The notes beneath the pieces were generated by a model, which worked only from the letters and a program-made list of their open reading frames with translations, was not told the origin of the DNA and made no database searches. From a virus (lineage: Duplodnaviria > Caudoviricetes), in the IMG/VR virus record IMGVR_UViG_3300008255_000023, positions 1 to 45,487 of that record: 45,487 nucleotides of DNA, one strand, 5' to 3'. Positions 8,869 through 17,202 of this stretch are shown here, in pieces (position 1 is the stretch's first letter; every line of letters begins with the position of its first letter). The translations under genes were made by a program, and so were the position numbers.

Positions 8869-11043
8869 ATGATCGACAAATTCGCAAGAACCCATGCATT
8901 CCTTTCTAACTTTTACATGTCGCCCTTCACTTGGCGCGGCGACGAATACGAATCGGCCGAGCACGCTTTCCAAGCGGCGAAAGCCACGAACGACAAAGAT
9001 CGCGAGAAGGTACTCTCGAAGAAAACGCCAAGCGCCGCAAAGAAGGCCGGCCGCAAGATCAAGATCCGCGAAGACTGGGCCGAAGTGAAGGTCGAGATCA
9101 TGCTTGATATTTTGCGCGCAAAATTCAGCAACGACGATCTCGCCGAGAAGCTAAGACGAACGGACGGTCGCGAGCTTGTCGAGTCTAATAACTGGGGTGA
9201 TCGATTCTGGGGCGTCGACGAATACGGCGAGAATAAACTCGGCCTTCTACTGATGCAGGTTCGCGCCGAAGTCGGCGGAACGGGCGCGCCAGGTCATACA
9301 AAGGACCGGAGCAATCCGGGTGGCGAAGTGTTTGTCGAGCTTAAAAAGCCAGAGATTGAAACAGATGTTGAAACTGATGAGGCCCAATCAACCAAACCAT
9401 TCGTTCACGTTCCAGAGCTCAAGGCTACCTATTTACGCGGGAACGTAGTCTCGATCGGGCATCTCGACGAAGTGAAGCAGGCAGCCTTTAGGCACTGGGC
9501 ATCGATACAGCTCGCGCGAGAAGGCGCCGGAATACTCGAACCCGTCGACGCAATATCCGAGCCGGTTGTCGCGCCAGTCGCCGCGGTTATTGCGAGTACG
9601 CCATCGACCATGTTCGATCTTCCCGAGTCGGCGAGTATACCGTTCGGCGTAACGTGTTCGTGCGGCGCTCAAATCGAAGATGTCGACGCCGCCGACCCTT
9701 ATCGGTGTTCAAGGTGCAGAAACGGCGAGAACGTCGATAGCGTCGCGACTGGGTACATTATCGACCCGACGAAAAATCGAGAGATCCCACAGGAACCAGA
9801 GGGGCTTCCAACCATCACGGCGATCCTAGACACTTACCGGAACAAACCAAATAACCCGCTGAAACGCGGCGAAGCTATCGGCGCCGGGCGTGTTGCCGGC
9901 CGATGCGATCGCGAGACTTGGCTTCAGTGGAGATGGGCCTATGTATGGGTTCCCGAACCAGACTTAGAGCGGATCTTCGAGCGCGGAAACTGGGAAGAGC
10001 CACGCATGATTAAACGACTTCGACTCGCCGGCGTTCGCATGTTCACGACACGGGCCGAAGAGATCGGCGCACCTTGGACCGCCCAAGGCTTCAACCTTGG
10101 AACCGTTCAAGAGTCTTGGCACGTATTCGATCCGTTCGGCCAACCTGTGAAGGGCTTCAAATTAAAGGCCGACGCCGAAGAACACGCCGAGTATTGGAAC
10201 CAGAAGCAGATCAAGGTTACAGCTCTTTGCGGGCATCTCGGCGGCCGACTCGACGGCGTCGGCGTCGGCTTCAAAGAGGCGCCGAAGTCGCCCCATGTTT
10301 GGGAGCAAAAAACGGGCAACGCCAAAGCGCTTGCGCACATGAAAAAGCACAAGGTAGAAGCGTCTAAACCCGAACACTTTGGGCAGATGCAGATCTACAT
10401 GCGGATCAAAAAGATCGAGCGAGCGTTCTACCTCTTTACCGGCAAGGACGACGAAGAGATTTACGGCGAGCGGGTTAAACTCGACCGCGAGAAGGCCGAC
10501 GCATTGATCGAGCGCGCTCGAAAGATCGTCGAGTCTCAAGCGCCGCCCGAAAGAATTCGGAACGATAAGACCTACTATCCATGCAAGTTTTGCGACGCCA
10601 AAGAAATATGTCACGGTTCAAAAGCGCCGGACGTGAATTGTCGAACGTGCGTACACTCGACGCCAGTTCTCGACGGTGTCGACCGAGAGTCGCCGCTATG
10701 GATCTGCGAACTTGGAGGCGGGAAGGTTCCGATCGACAAGTTTCGCCAGGTCTACGGGTGCGGGTCACACTTATTTATTCCGGATCTGCTCTCGCCCGAG
10801 TTCACCTTCGAGCGCGCCGAGAACTCGCCGGCGCCGTCGTGGATGCTTTATCGCGACAAGTCGGGTCAGCCAGTGTTCAACGTGACTCGGTTCGACGGGC
10901 CGGTCGACTGGCGATCGATTCTTGGAACCGAAGCGTTCTACACGAGTGCGGAATTCGCGCAGGCTTCAAACCTAAAGCCGATCGATACCTATACCGATCA
11001 CGCAAAGCTAAAGATCGAACTCGAAGAGAATGTACCGTTTTGA
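8869..11043 (+). CDS. NADAR (YbiA-family) domain fused to a Cas4-like PD-(D/E)xK exonuclease
   Basis: Residues 1-135: FLSNFY, SAEHAFQAAKA, MLDILRAKF, LVESNNWGDRFWG, GENKLGLLLMQVR. C-terminal half: GRCDRETW, IFERGNWEE, GHLGGRLDG, WEQKT, HFGQMQIYM, CKFCDAKEIC, NCRTC. Confidence 0.85.
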   Translation: MIDKFARTHAFLSNFYMSPFTWRGDEYESAEHAFQAAKATNDKDREKVLSKKTPSAAKKAGRKIKIREDWAEVKVEIMLDILRAKFSNDDLAEKLRRTDGRELVESNNWGDRFWGVDEYGENKLGLLLMQVRAEVGGTGAPGHTKDRSNPGGEVFVELKKPEIETDVETDEAQSTKPFVHVPELKATYLRGNVVSIGHLDEVKQAAFRHWASIQLAREGAGILEPVDAISEPVVAPVAAVIASTPSTMFDLPESASIPFGVTCSCGAQIEDVDAADPYRCSRCRNGENVDSVATGYIIDPTKNREIPQEPEGLPTITAILDTYRNKPNNPLKRGEAIGAGRVAGRCDRETWLQWRWAYVWVPEPDLERIFERGNWEEPRMIKRLRLAGVRMFTTRAEEIGAPWTAQGFNLGTVQESWHVFDPFGQPVKGFKLKADAEEHAEYWNQKQIKVTALCGHLGGRLDGVGVGFKEAPKSPHVWEQKTGNAKALAHMKKHKVEASKPEHFGQMQIYMRIKKIERAFYLFTGKDDEEIYGERVKLDREKADALIERARKIVESQAPPERIRNDKTYYPCKFCDAKEICHGSKAPDVNCRTCVHSTPVLDGVDRESPLWICELGGGKVPIDKFRQVYGCGSHLFIPDLLSPEFTFERAENSPAPSWMLYRDKSGQPVFNVTRFDGPVDWRSILGTEAFYTSAEFAQASNLKPIDTYTDHAKLKIELEENVPF

Positions 11044-12515
11044 ACTTCGATCACTCATACGCTTGGACCGGGCCGACGTTCCCGTATTCGTCGCCGAGAG
11101 CTTGGCAAGCGCGAGCATTGCCAGTTGCAGTCTCGGCGATGATGCAGGGCAAGCGGTCGATCGTGAGGGCGATCATGGGTTCTGGTAAGGCCGCGCTCGC
11201 CGCCGAGATCTGCTTCGTCTCAATAACGAACATGGCCTCGGAGTCGATCGTCGTCTCGGCGCCGAGCGTTAACCTTGTCGACCAGCTCGCCGAGACGATC
11301 GGTAATAGACTCGGCGAGGAAAACGTCGGGAAATATTACACCAGCGCGAAGCAATTCGATCGGCCGGTTATTGTCGCGTGCCTCGACTCTTTGCCGTCGC
11401 TAGCCGAGGCATTGCTCGCGAGCGACCGCTCGGTGCCTCTTTGGGTTGCAGACGAAGCGCACCGGTGCGAAACCGAGACCGTCGAGACCTTCGTCTCGGC
11501 AATGCAACCCGAGCGCCGGGTCGGCTTAACGGCGACGCCCTATCTTAGCTCGGGCGGTCTTGAATCATGGGATGAAGTTGTCTTCTCTTACTCGGTCGAA
11601 GAAGCTCTCGAAGACGGCGTAATCGTCCCGTTCAAAGTAGAGTCATGGGTCGGCGATCCCGATGCGCCGATCGACGTCGCGTCGCTCGAACTGGCGAAAC
11701 GCGGAAAAGAATTGGGGCCGGGCGTTATCAACGCGTCGACCATCGAAGACGCCGAGGCGTTCGGCGCGCTTTGTCACGAGTTCGGCATTCGAGTTCGAAC
11801 CGTTCACTCGCGAAAGTCGAAGGCCGAGAACGCGGCGACGATCGAAGCGTTACGCGTCGGCGAACTCGACGCCGTCGTCCATGTTTCAATGCTACAGGAA
11901 GGCGTCGATCTACCTTGGTTGCGTTGGATTCTTCTTAGAAGGAATACACAATCGCGAGTAAGGTTCGCGCAAGAAGTCGGCCGGGTTCTTCGCGCTTGCC
12001 CGGGTAAAGACTTCGCGACGGTGTTCGATCCGTTGGAGCTGTTCACGGCGTACAAGATCACACTTGAGGCGGTTCTCTCGGGAGGGTCGACAAAGGGCGA
12101 GAAGGAAGTCGACCCGGTCGAAGAGTCGGCCGAAGAGATCGAGAAGATCCTCGACGAAGATCTACCCGAGTTCGAGAAGTTCGCGGCCGCGGTTACGTCG
12201 TGCGAATCGTACCTTCGACGGGTCGTTCTTACGCTCGACGCTGTAGGGATATCCGACCAGAAGGTCGCGTCGAGATCGATGCGCCAGGAGCAACCGACCG
12301 AGGCTCAGATCAGGGTTTTAAAGGGCTTGAAAAACGTACTCGCTCACGAAGATCTTGTCGTCGGACTTCCAGATCGTCACCGTGTTTTGTTGGATTATTG
12401 CCGAAGGAATTCGCCGAGAACGAACAAAGGCGTCGCGAGTGATTTAATTTCGATCCTGCTCGGGTTACGCTCGGCGAAACGATGGCCAACCAAGATCGCC
12501 GAGCTGATGATATGA
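11040..12515 (+). CDS. SF2 (DEAH, ResIII-like) helicase
   Basis: PRAWQ, MGSGKA (variant Walker A), VADEAH, GLTATP, MLQEGVDLP, QEVGRVLR. TTG start overlaps the upstream TGA. Confidence 0.85.
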   Translation: MNFDHSYAWTGPTFPYSSPRAWQARALPVAVSAMMQGKRSIVRAIMGSGKAALAAEICFVSITNMASESIVVSAPSVNLVDQLAETIGNRLGEENVGKYYTSAKQFDRPVIVACLDSLPSLAEALLASDRSVPLWVADEAHRCETETVETFVSAMQPERRVGLTATPYLSSGGLESWDEVVFSYSVEEALEDGVIVPFKVESWVGDPDAPIDVASLELAKRGKELGPGVINASTIEDAEAFGALCHEFGIRVRTVHSRKSKAENAATIEALRVGELDAVVHVSMLQEGVDLPWLRWILLRRNTQSRVRFAQEVGRVLRACPGKDFATVFDPLELFTAYKITLEAVLSGGSTKGEKEVDPVEESAEEIEKILDEDLPEFEKFAAAVTSCESYLRRVVLTLDAVGISDQKVASRSMRQEQPTEAQIRVLKGLKNVLAHEDLVVGLPDRHRVLLDYCRRNSPRTNKGVASDLISILLGLRSAKRWPTKIAELMI

Positions 12516-12970
12516 ATCTCGACTTCGACTTCTCGCCGTGGACTGGCGAAGACTTGCGTAACTTCCGTAAGTATCTTTGGGTCTCGCGCGCCGAGCTTCA
12601 ATCGCATCCGAACTATCCGGCGACCTATCCGAGCACGTCGGACATGGCCGCCCGGGTCGGCGTTAGCGCCGAACAGTGGCGACGGTGGGAACGAGAAGGA
12701 ACACTCGCCAACGGGTGGAGCGCGCTTCTAAGGATCTACGAAGAAGAGGGGCGAGATATCCGCCCGATAAACTGCTCGGTTCAAGCTCTCGAAGCTCTCG
12801 AGGTTCTCGGCAATTATTCCGAACTCGCGCTCGCGCTCGAAGTCGACCGGCGAACGATCACAAAGTGGCGTTACTCGATCGGGTACGTCCCCGGCGTTTA
12901 CGGTTACGGCCGACTCGTGCGTATTGTTTTTGAAGATCTAATCCTACCGCCAAAGGCGCGACCATGTTGA
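12512..12970 (+). CDS. Regulator with two XRE-like HTH motifs
   Basis: SDMAARVGVSAEQWRRWERE and SELALALEVDRRTITKWR. Confidence 0.7.
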   Translation: MNLDFDFSPWTGEDLRNFRKYLWVSRAELQSHPNYPATYPSTSDMAARVGVSAEQWRRWEREGTLANGWSALLRIYEEEGRDIRPINCSVQALEALEVLGNYSELALALEVDRRTITKWRYSIGYVPGVYGYGRLVRIVFEDLILPPKARPC

Positions 12971-13209
12971 TAAAACATTTTAATAAGGGCGACTCAATAA
13001 GTGTCGGCCTTTCCACAATCACCTACACCGGCCGAGACCAGCGCGGCGCCCGGTTCGAGGTTCACTTACCAGGCTACGGATCGACCAGTTCGACCGGGTC
13101 GTTCGACTACAGGATCGGCGATAAGTTGATTCGGGTATCGTGTAGGAAGTCGACCGAGAACTATGTCGAGCTTGGAATCGAAGCACCAAAAGAGATTAAA
13201 ATATCATGA
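12964..13209 (+). CDS. CsrA/RsmA-like protein (extended or tandem, lacking the C-terminal Arg)
   Basis: MLIKHFNKGDSISVG resembles CsrA MLILTRRVGETLMIG; IGDKLIRVS...NYVELGIEAPKEIKI resembles IGDEVTVTV...NQVRIGVNAPKEVSV. Confidence 0.6.
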   Translation: MLIKHFNKGDSISVGLSTITYTGRDQRGARFEVHLPGYGSTSSTGSFDYRIGDKLIRVSCRKSTENYVELGIEAPKEIKIS

Positions 13210-13805
13210 AGATTTTAGGGATAGATCCCGGGTTCGGGTTCTTTGGGTTCGCCGTGCTCGATACTGACTCGCACGAAGAGATCGTCGAGTTCGGCACGTT
13301 TAAGACTGAGAAGAGCGACAAGAAGTCGGGCGTATATGCGGCCGACGATAACGTCGCCAGAACTCGCGAGATATACAGAAAGCTCGACGTCCTCTTCTCG
13401 GTGCATCGGCCAGCCGTTATGTGTACCGAGGCGCAATCGTGGCCGCGAAGCGCGTCGGCATCGCTCAAGGTTGCGCTGTTCTGGGGCGCGCTTATTTCGA
13501 TCTGCGAGGTTTACCGGGTGCCGATCGTGCAGGTTCAGCCCAAGGATATGAAACTCGCCGTCGCCGGAAGCAAGAGCGCGACAAAAGACTCGGTTAAGTC
13601 GGTCGTTGTCGATCGTTGGCCTGAGACCGCGCGAATCATGGAGCGTAGGCTAGAGAGTTATCCGAAAGGGCATATCGAAAACATACCGCCCGGCGAACAG
13701 GTGCACGCATACGACGCCGCGGGCGTAATCATAGCGGCGTTCGATTCCGAACTCGTGCAGGCAATCATAACGGCCGAGGCGAATATCGCCCGGCGAGGGG
13801 CGTAG
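13206..13805 (+). CDS. ruvC: RuvC-like Holliday junction resolvase
   Basis: ILGIDPG, MCTE, PKDMKLAVAG-SATKDSV, HAYDAAG. Confidence 0.85.
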   Translation: MKILGIDPGFGFFGFAVLDTDSHEEIVEFGTFKTEKSDKKSGVYAADDNVARTREIYRKLDVLFSVHRPAVMCTEAQSWPRSASASLKVALFWGALISICEVYRVPIVQVQPKDMKLAVAGSKSATKDSVKSVVVDRWPETARIMERRLESYPKGHIENIPPGEQVHAYDAAGVIIAAFDSELVQAIITAEANIARRGA

Positions 13806-13806
13806 A

Positions 13807-14115
13807 ATGTTAACCGAAACGCAGAAAGAGATCTTAGAGTTTATCCGAGCGTCAAAACGCTCGCCCACGTACAACGAGATCGCCGAGGGCGTCGGCGTCG
13901 CCGTTAGGGCGATACAGTATCAGCTCGATAAAATGGAACGCGCTGGAGTCGTCTCGCGAGACCGAAGCGGATTCGGGCGAGTTCTGCCGAGAACAGTTAA
14001 GATCGTCGAGCAAAAAGAAACGGCCTTTCGACGTGAGTCGAAAGGCCGTTCTCTTCGCCCGGGTACGAGGGTCAGTCGACAACCGGAAAACTTGAGATCC
14101 GAAACTATCTCTTAG
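13807..14115 (+). CDS. LexA-type winged-helix DNA-binding protein without a peptidase domain
   Basis: LTETQKEILEFI...PTYNEIAEGVGV...IQYQLDKMERAGVVSR; too short to include an S24 domain. Confidence 0.75.
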   Translation: MLTETQKEILEFIRASKRSPTYNEIAEGVGVAVRAIQYQLDKMERAGVVSRDRSGFGRVLPRTVKIVEQKETAFRRESKGRSLRPGTRVSRQPENLRSETIS

Positions 14116-14175
14116 GCTTGCACGGGTCAACGCCCGGTATCACTTTTATATATAACAAACAAACCATAATAGTTG

Positions 14176-14204
14176 TTGACATACGATAGCGACGCACCTA
14201 TCTT
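14176..14204 (+). promoter_or_regulatory. sigma70-type early promoter
   Basis: TTGACA-17 nt-TATCTT with an AT-rich upstream element. Confidence 0.8.
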
Positions 14205-14247
14205 CTGTGTGTCGGCAATCACGCCGACCGGGTTCGACGGATCGACC

Positions 14248-14550
14248 ATGCTTTGTGCATTCGTAAAATTTCAAAACGGCGGATCGGGTGTTTCTCTTCA
14301 CAACGTAGCGAGCGCCGAAGAGGCTGTAACGCTCGCCCTTAAGCCACATCTCGGCGGTGCGACTGGCGCGAACCATCGCGACAAGATCGTTCACGGCGTC
14401 GTGCAGCTCGTCGAGCTTGCATTCGGTCAAAGTGCGACCGTCGAGAGCGGCGAGCATTACTTCTTTACCGCTACCGAAATCGACCTTCCGCGCCAGTGTT
14501 GGGCTGGCCCAACCGTCGAAGCTACCGCGAACGTCGAAGTCGCGAGATAG
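14248..14550 (+). CDS. Hypothetical protein
   Basis: First ORF after the promoter; ATG follows TCGACGGATCGA. Confidence 0.65.
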   Translation: MLCAFVKFQNGGSGVSLHNVASAEEAVTLALKPHLGGATGANHRDKIVHGVVQLVELAFGQSATVESGEHYFFTATEIDLPRQCWAGPTVEATANVEVAR

Positions 14551-14572
14551 TCGCCGCATGAGTTAAACTCTT

Positions 14573-14631
14573 AGCCTACCGTCGCAAGCGGTAGGCTTTT
14601 CGAGTGTAAACGCTTCGAGGATCGAATCATG
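14573..14631 (+). promoter_or_regulatory. Repeated leader element, copy A (GCAA hairpin, TTTTC, GTGTAA, GGA hairpin, ATG)
   Basis: AGCCTACCG-t-CGCAAG-CGGTAGGCT-TTTC-GAGTGTAA...TTCGAGGATCGAA-tc-ATG; same architecture as copies B and C. Confidence 0.7.
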
Positions 14632-15045
14632 GAACTTCAAAATCAAAACTTCGTCGAAATTTATAACGGATTCGTAACCGTCGAGAACCCGGCGACCGGG
14701 AACCATCGAACCTTTCGAATCAAGTCGGAAGTGTGGAACGAAGGGCAAGAGAACGAAACGACGAAGCGCGTCGTCGCCCTTCTAACGGGTCCAGATCGCG
14801 AAGACTGGCGAGCATGGGTAAAGTTCGGCGACGTTCGCTCGGGCCGTGTCAGTGTATGGCCTAAGCACCGCGGAACCGCATTTGAGAAGCTCGCCAAGAT
14901 CTTAGACTCGCCGAACCGCGGCGAAGCGTCCGGCCTCGTGTATCTTTTCGAAGGTTGCTGTCGACGCTGTAATCGAAAACTAACAACGCCCGAGAGCATT
15001 CGCCTCGGCCTCGGCCCTATTTGCGCCGAGAAGGATCTAGCATGA
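14629..15045 (+). CDS. DUF6011-like protein
   Basis: C-terminal CCRRCNRKLTTPESIRLGLGPIC. Confidence 0.75.
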   Translation: MELQNQNFVEIYNGFVTVENPATGNHRTFRIKSEVWNEGQENETTKRVVALLTGPDREDWRAWVKFGDVRSGRVSVWPKHRGTAFEKLAKILDSPNRGEASGLVYLFEGCCRRCNRKLTTPESIRLGLGPICAEKDLA

Positions 15046-15299
15046 AATTCGCAATCATTGCCCTTCTTGCCCTTCTTTCCGCGTGCGTCGAAGACTCGGC
15101 CGAGCCTGAGCCCACGCTCGCGCTTGAAACGCTTTGCGGACAAGAAGGCACCTTCTACACGGTTTGGCTTCACAAGGGCGGATCGACCTACATTTACGAT
15201 CGCGGATACTGCGACGCCGGCGAGTCTTGCGTCGCCGGGTTTAACCCGATGCCGTGCGAAGAGAACTCGCCAGTATTTGAGCTGAGCGTCGGCGAGTGA
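15042..15299 (+). CDS. Small Cys-rich lipoprotein
   Basis: MKFAIIALLALLSA-C lipobox, with four further Cys. Confidence 0.7.
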   Translation: MKFAIIALLALLSACVEDSAEPEPTLALETLCGQEGTFYTVWLHKGGSTYIYDRGYCDAGESCVAGFNPMPCEENSPVFELSVGE

Positions 15300-15673
15300 A
15301 GTCTTCGCGCCAGCTTATGCGGGAAGCTCTCGCCGAGTTCGCGCCGCGTCGGCCGCTTCGAGCGATTCGCCGAGATGAGCTTCGAAGAGAAGCTCCTCTC
15401 GGGGTTGCGTCGGCCTTATTGTGGTCGGTGTCGATCGGCGTTGTTTGCTTCGTCGCTTTTTATTCTGTTCCGATACAGCGCGATCAAGAGCGCCAGGCTC
15501 TCGATTCGATCGACTTCTCAGAAGATATCGAGCGAGTTCGGCGAGCGGTTCGACGTTCGAACGAAAGGCTCGACGCGATTCGAGAGAAGCAATTCGCCGA
15601 CCGGGTTAGGCTTGAGATCGAGATCGAAGAGTTCAAAAGGACCAGACGAAGAGACCGCCAGAGATTGCAGTAG
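15296..15673 (+). CDS. Hypothetical single-pass membrane protein with coiled coil
   Basis: GTGA overlap with the upstream gene and one hydrophobic segment. The 3' end overlaps a convergent gene. Confidence 0.5.
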   Translation: MKSSRQLMREALAEFAPRRPLRAIRRDELRREAPLGVASALLWSVSIGVVCFVAFYSVPIQRDQERQALDSIDFSEDIERVRRAVRRSNERLDAIREKQFADRVRLEIEIEEFKRTRRRDRQRLQ

Positions 15674-16124
15674 CGGCGCCGAGGGTCGCGAGCTTGAGAA
15701 GCTCGGGCGAACTTGGGCCGAATATCTCAAGAGCAAGCGCGGCGACCGAAACGAGTAGAGCGCCAGACGATGCCCAAAACATCGCGGATCGCTCGCTTTC
15801 GAGGGTCTGCACCTTTAGGCGGTAGTCGCCGAGCTGGGCCGAGCAAGTGTTAAGATCGGCCGTCTTTGCGTTAAGAGCGCCGACGCATTGATCGCGCTTC
15901 TGCCGAACGTCGATACCTTGGCGCGCACAAGCGTTGAGATCGACGGTGCGAGCCTCAAGCGTTTCTTTGTACTGTCTGCACAGGTTCCAGTCAGCGCGAG
16001 GAATCTCGACCCGTTCCGATAAGCTCGTCGGCGCCGCGGCGAAACTCTTCGAGTTCGTTGTCGAGATCGCCGTTAGAGTCAGGAGCGGGAGAAAGATCCA
16101 AAGTGTCAGCGAGCGCAAAATCAT
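15633..16124 (-). CDS. Putative lysis accessory (spanin-like) protein
   Basis: Signal-like N-terminus, coiled coil with 4 Cys, hydrophobic C-terminus; last gene of the lysis block. Confidence 0.5.
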   Translation of the reverse strand: MILRSLTLWIFLPLLTLTAISTTNSKSFAAAPTSLSERVEIPRADWNLCRQYKETLEARTVDLNACARQGIDVRQKRDQCVGALNAKTADLNTCSAQLGDYRLKVQTLESERSAMFWASSGALLVSVAALALEIFGPSSPELLKLATLGAATAISGGLFVWSF

Positions 16125-16350
16125 CGAAGTCGTCCTCGGTTTCGTATTTCTTGGTGGTAGTTTCGAGCGTCTCTTCTGGCGATACCTCGGCCGGCCTCTT
16201 TCGATACAGCTCGGCCGCGAGCGCGCCAGCTATTCCGGCGCCGAAAATTGCGAGCGGCGACCATAGCTCCGAGAAGGCTTTAGGCTGTTTTACTCGAAGC
16301 GCCACAAGCGCCAGCACGACCGCGAGACCTATCGAGAACCATGCTATCAA
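15991..16350 (-). CDS. Membrane protein of the lysis block
   Basis: Two N-terminal hydrophobic helices and an acidic tail; overlaps the next gene by 134 bp in another frame. Confidence 0.55.
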   Translation of the reverse strand: MIAWFSIGLAVVLALVALRVKQPKAFSELWSPLAIFGAGIAGALAAELYRKRPAEVSPEETLETTTKKYETEDDFDDFALADTLDLSPAPDSNGDLDNELEEFRRGADELIGTGRDSSR

Positions 16351-16771
16351 CGGCGCCCCTTTTTTAGTTGCTCAACTTCCAACTCTAAAGCCTGAATTCG
16401 CGACGCGTGCTCGGCGCCAGCCTTTGCCGGAAATCGAGTAGCCTCGATCGTGCTAACCCTCTTTTCTAGCGCAGGGTAACTCTCATCTCTTTCAGTGTCG
16501 CCGTGTTTAGTTCGCCCGTGATGATCAACTTTGTTTGCGCGACGTCGACCGACCTGAGCCAGCCGGCGAACCCCAGAATGACGGCGACCGAGATCCCGCC
16601 CATAACGGTTGTGGCGACCGCTATCGCGATCCCTAACATAACCTTCCCGATATACTTCTCGGTCGCGAAGTCTTCTTCGCCCCTCTCGCCGTTCTTTTTT
16701 ATTCGCATCTCGGCCTCTTCGAATTCTTCTTCGTCCCAAAGTGGCGTCGTCGCTTCGTCGAGGTTACTCAT
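16347..16771 (-). CDS. Holin/antiholin-like membrane protein split by an apparent -1 frameshift near 16480
   Basis: Frame 0 stops at 16466. The -1 frame continues SYPALEKRVSTIE...LEVEQLKKGRR to a TGA that overlaps the TTG start of the next gene. Confidence 0.55.
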
Positions 16772-17202
16772 TTCTCGATCTCGCTATCCTCGACCGTTCG
16801 CTCGGCCCGGCCGGTTATGCGTCCGATCGGGTCCGCTCGCTTGATCAATTCGTGAAGTGCGACGCCGCCCGCACTGTAGAATATTGCGGCGACCGGTATA
16901 ACCGCGAGCGGGTGCAGCGGTACGCCGACCGCTTCTGATATCGGCGAGAAGTCGACCAGAAGCGCGGCGACGATACCGGGCGCCAGCGTTGCGCGAAGTA
17001 TCCAAGGTTCACGCCGGGCGCGCTTGAATCCTCGGTCCACGAGGTAGCCCACTAGAAGTGGTTTAACGAACAATCGCATGACGATATAAACGAACAGGCT
17101 CGCGAACAGGATCGGCGATCCGTATCCATCCGAGACCTTGACGATCTGCGTTCCGAGACTTTCGCCGATCTCGGTTGAAGCGTTCCCGGCGATCTTATCC
17201 AT
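16768..17202 (-). CDS. Putative holin
   Basis: About 3 hydrophobic segments and a charged C-terminus, directly downstream of the endolysin. Confidence 0.55.
   Translation of the reverse strand: MDKIAGNASTEIGESLGTQIVKVSDGYGSPILFASLFVYIVMRLFVKPLLVGYLVDRGFKRARREPWILRATLAPGIVAALLVDFSPISEAVGVPLHPLAVIPVAAIFYSAGGVALHELIKRADPIGRITGRAERTVEDSEIEK

Noticed and set aside
9860-10800. CRISPR adaptation cas4
   Set aside because: There is no cas1, cas2 or array; the context is the phage recombination module.
10581-11039. N-terminal extension of the SF2 helicase in the ORF track
   Set aside because: It is an Arg-rich out-of-frame overlap with the exonuclease; the coupled TTG at 11040 is the better start.
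13807-14115. SOS-inducible prophage repressor implying a temperate lifestyle
   Set aside because: It lacks the autocleavage domain, and I recognised no integrase or partition genes.
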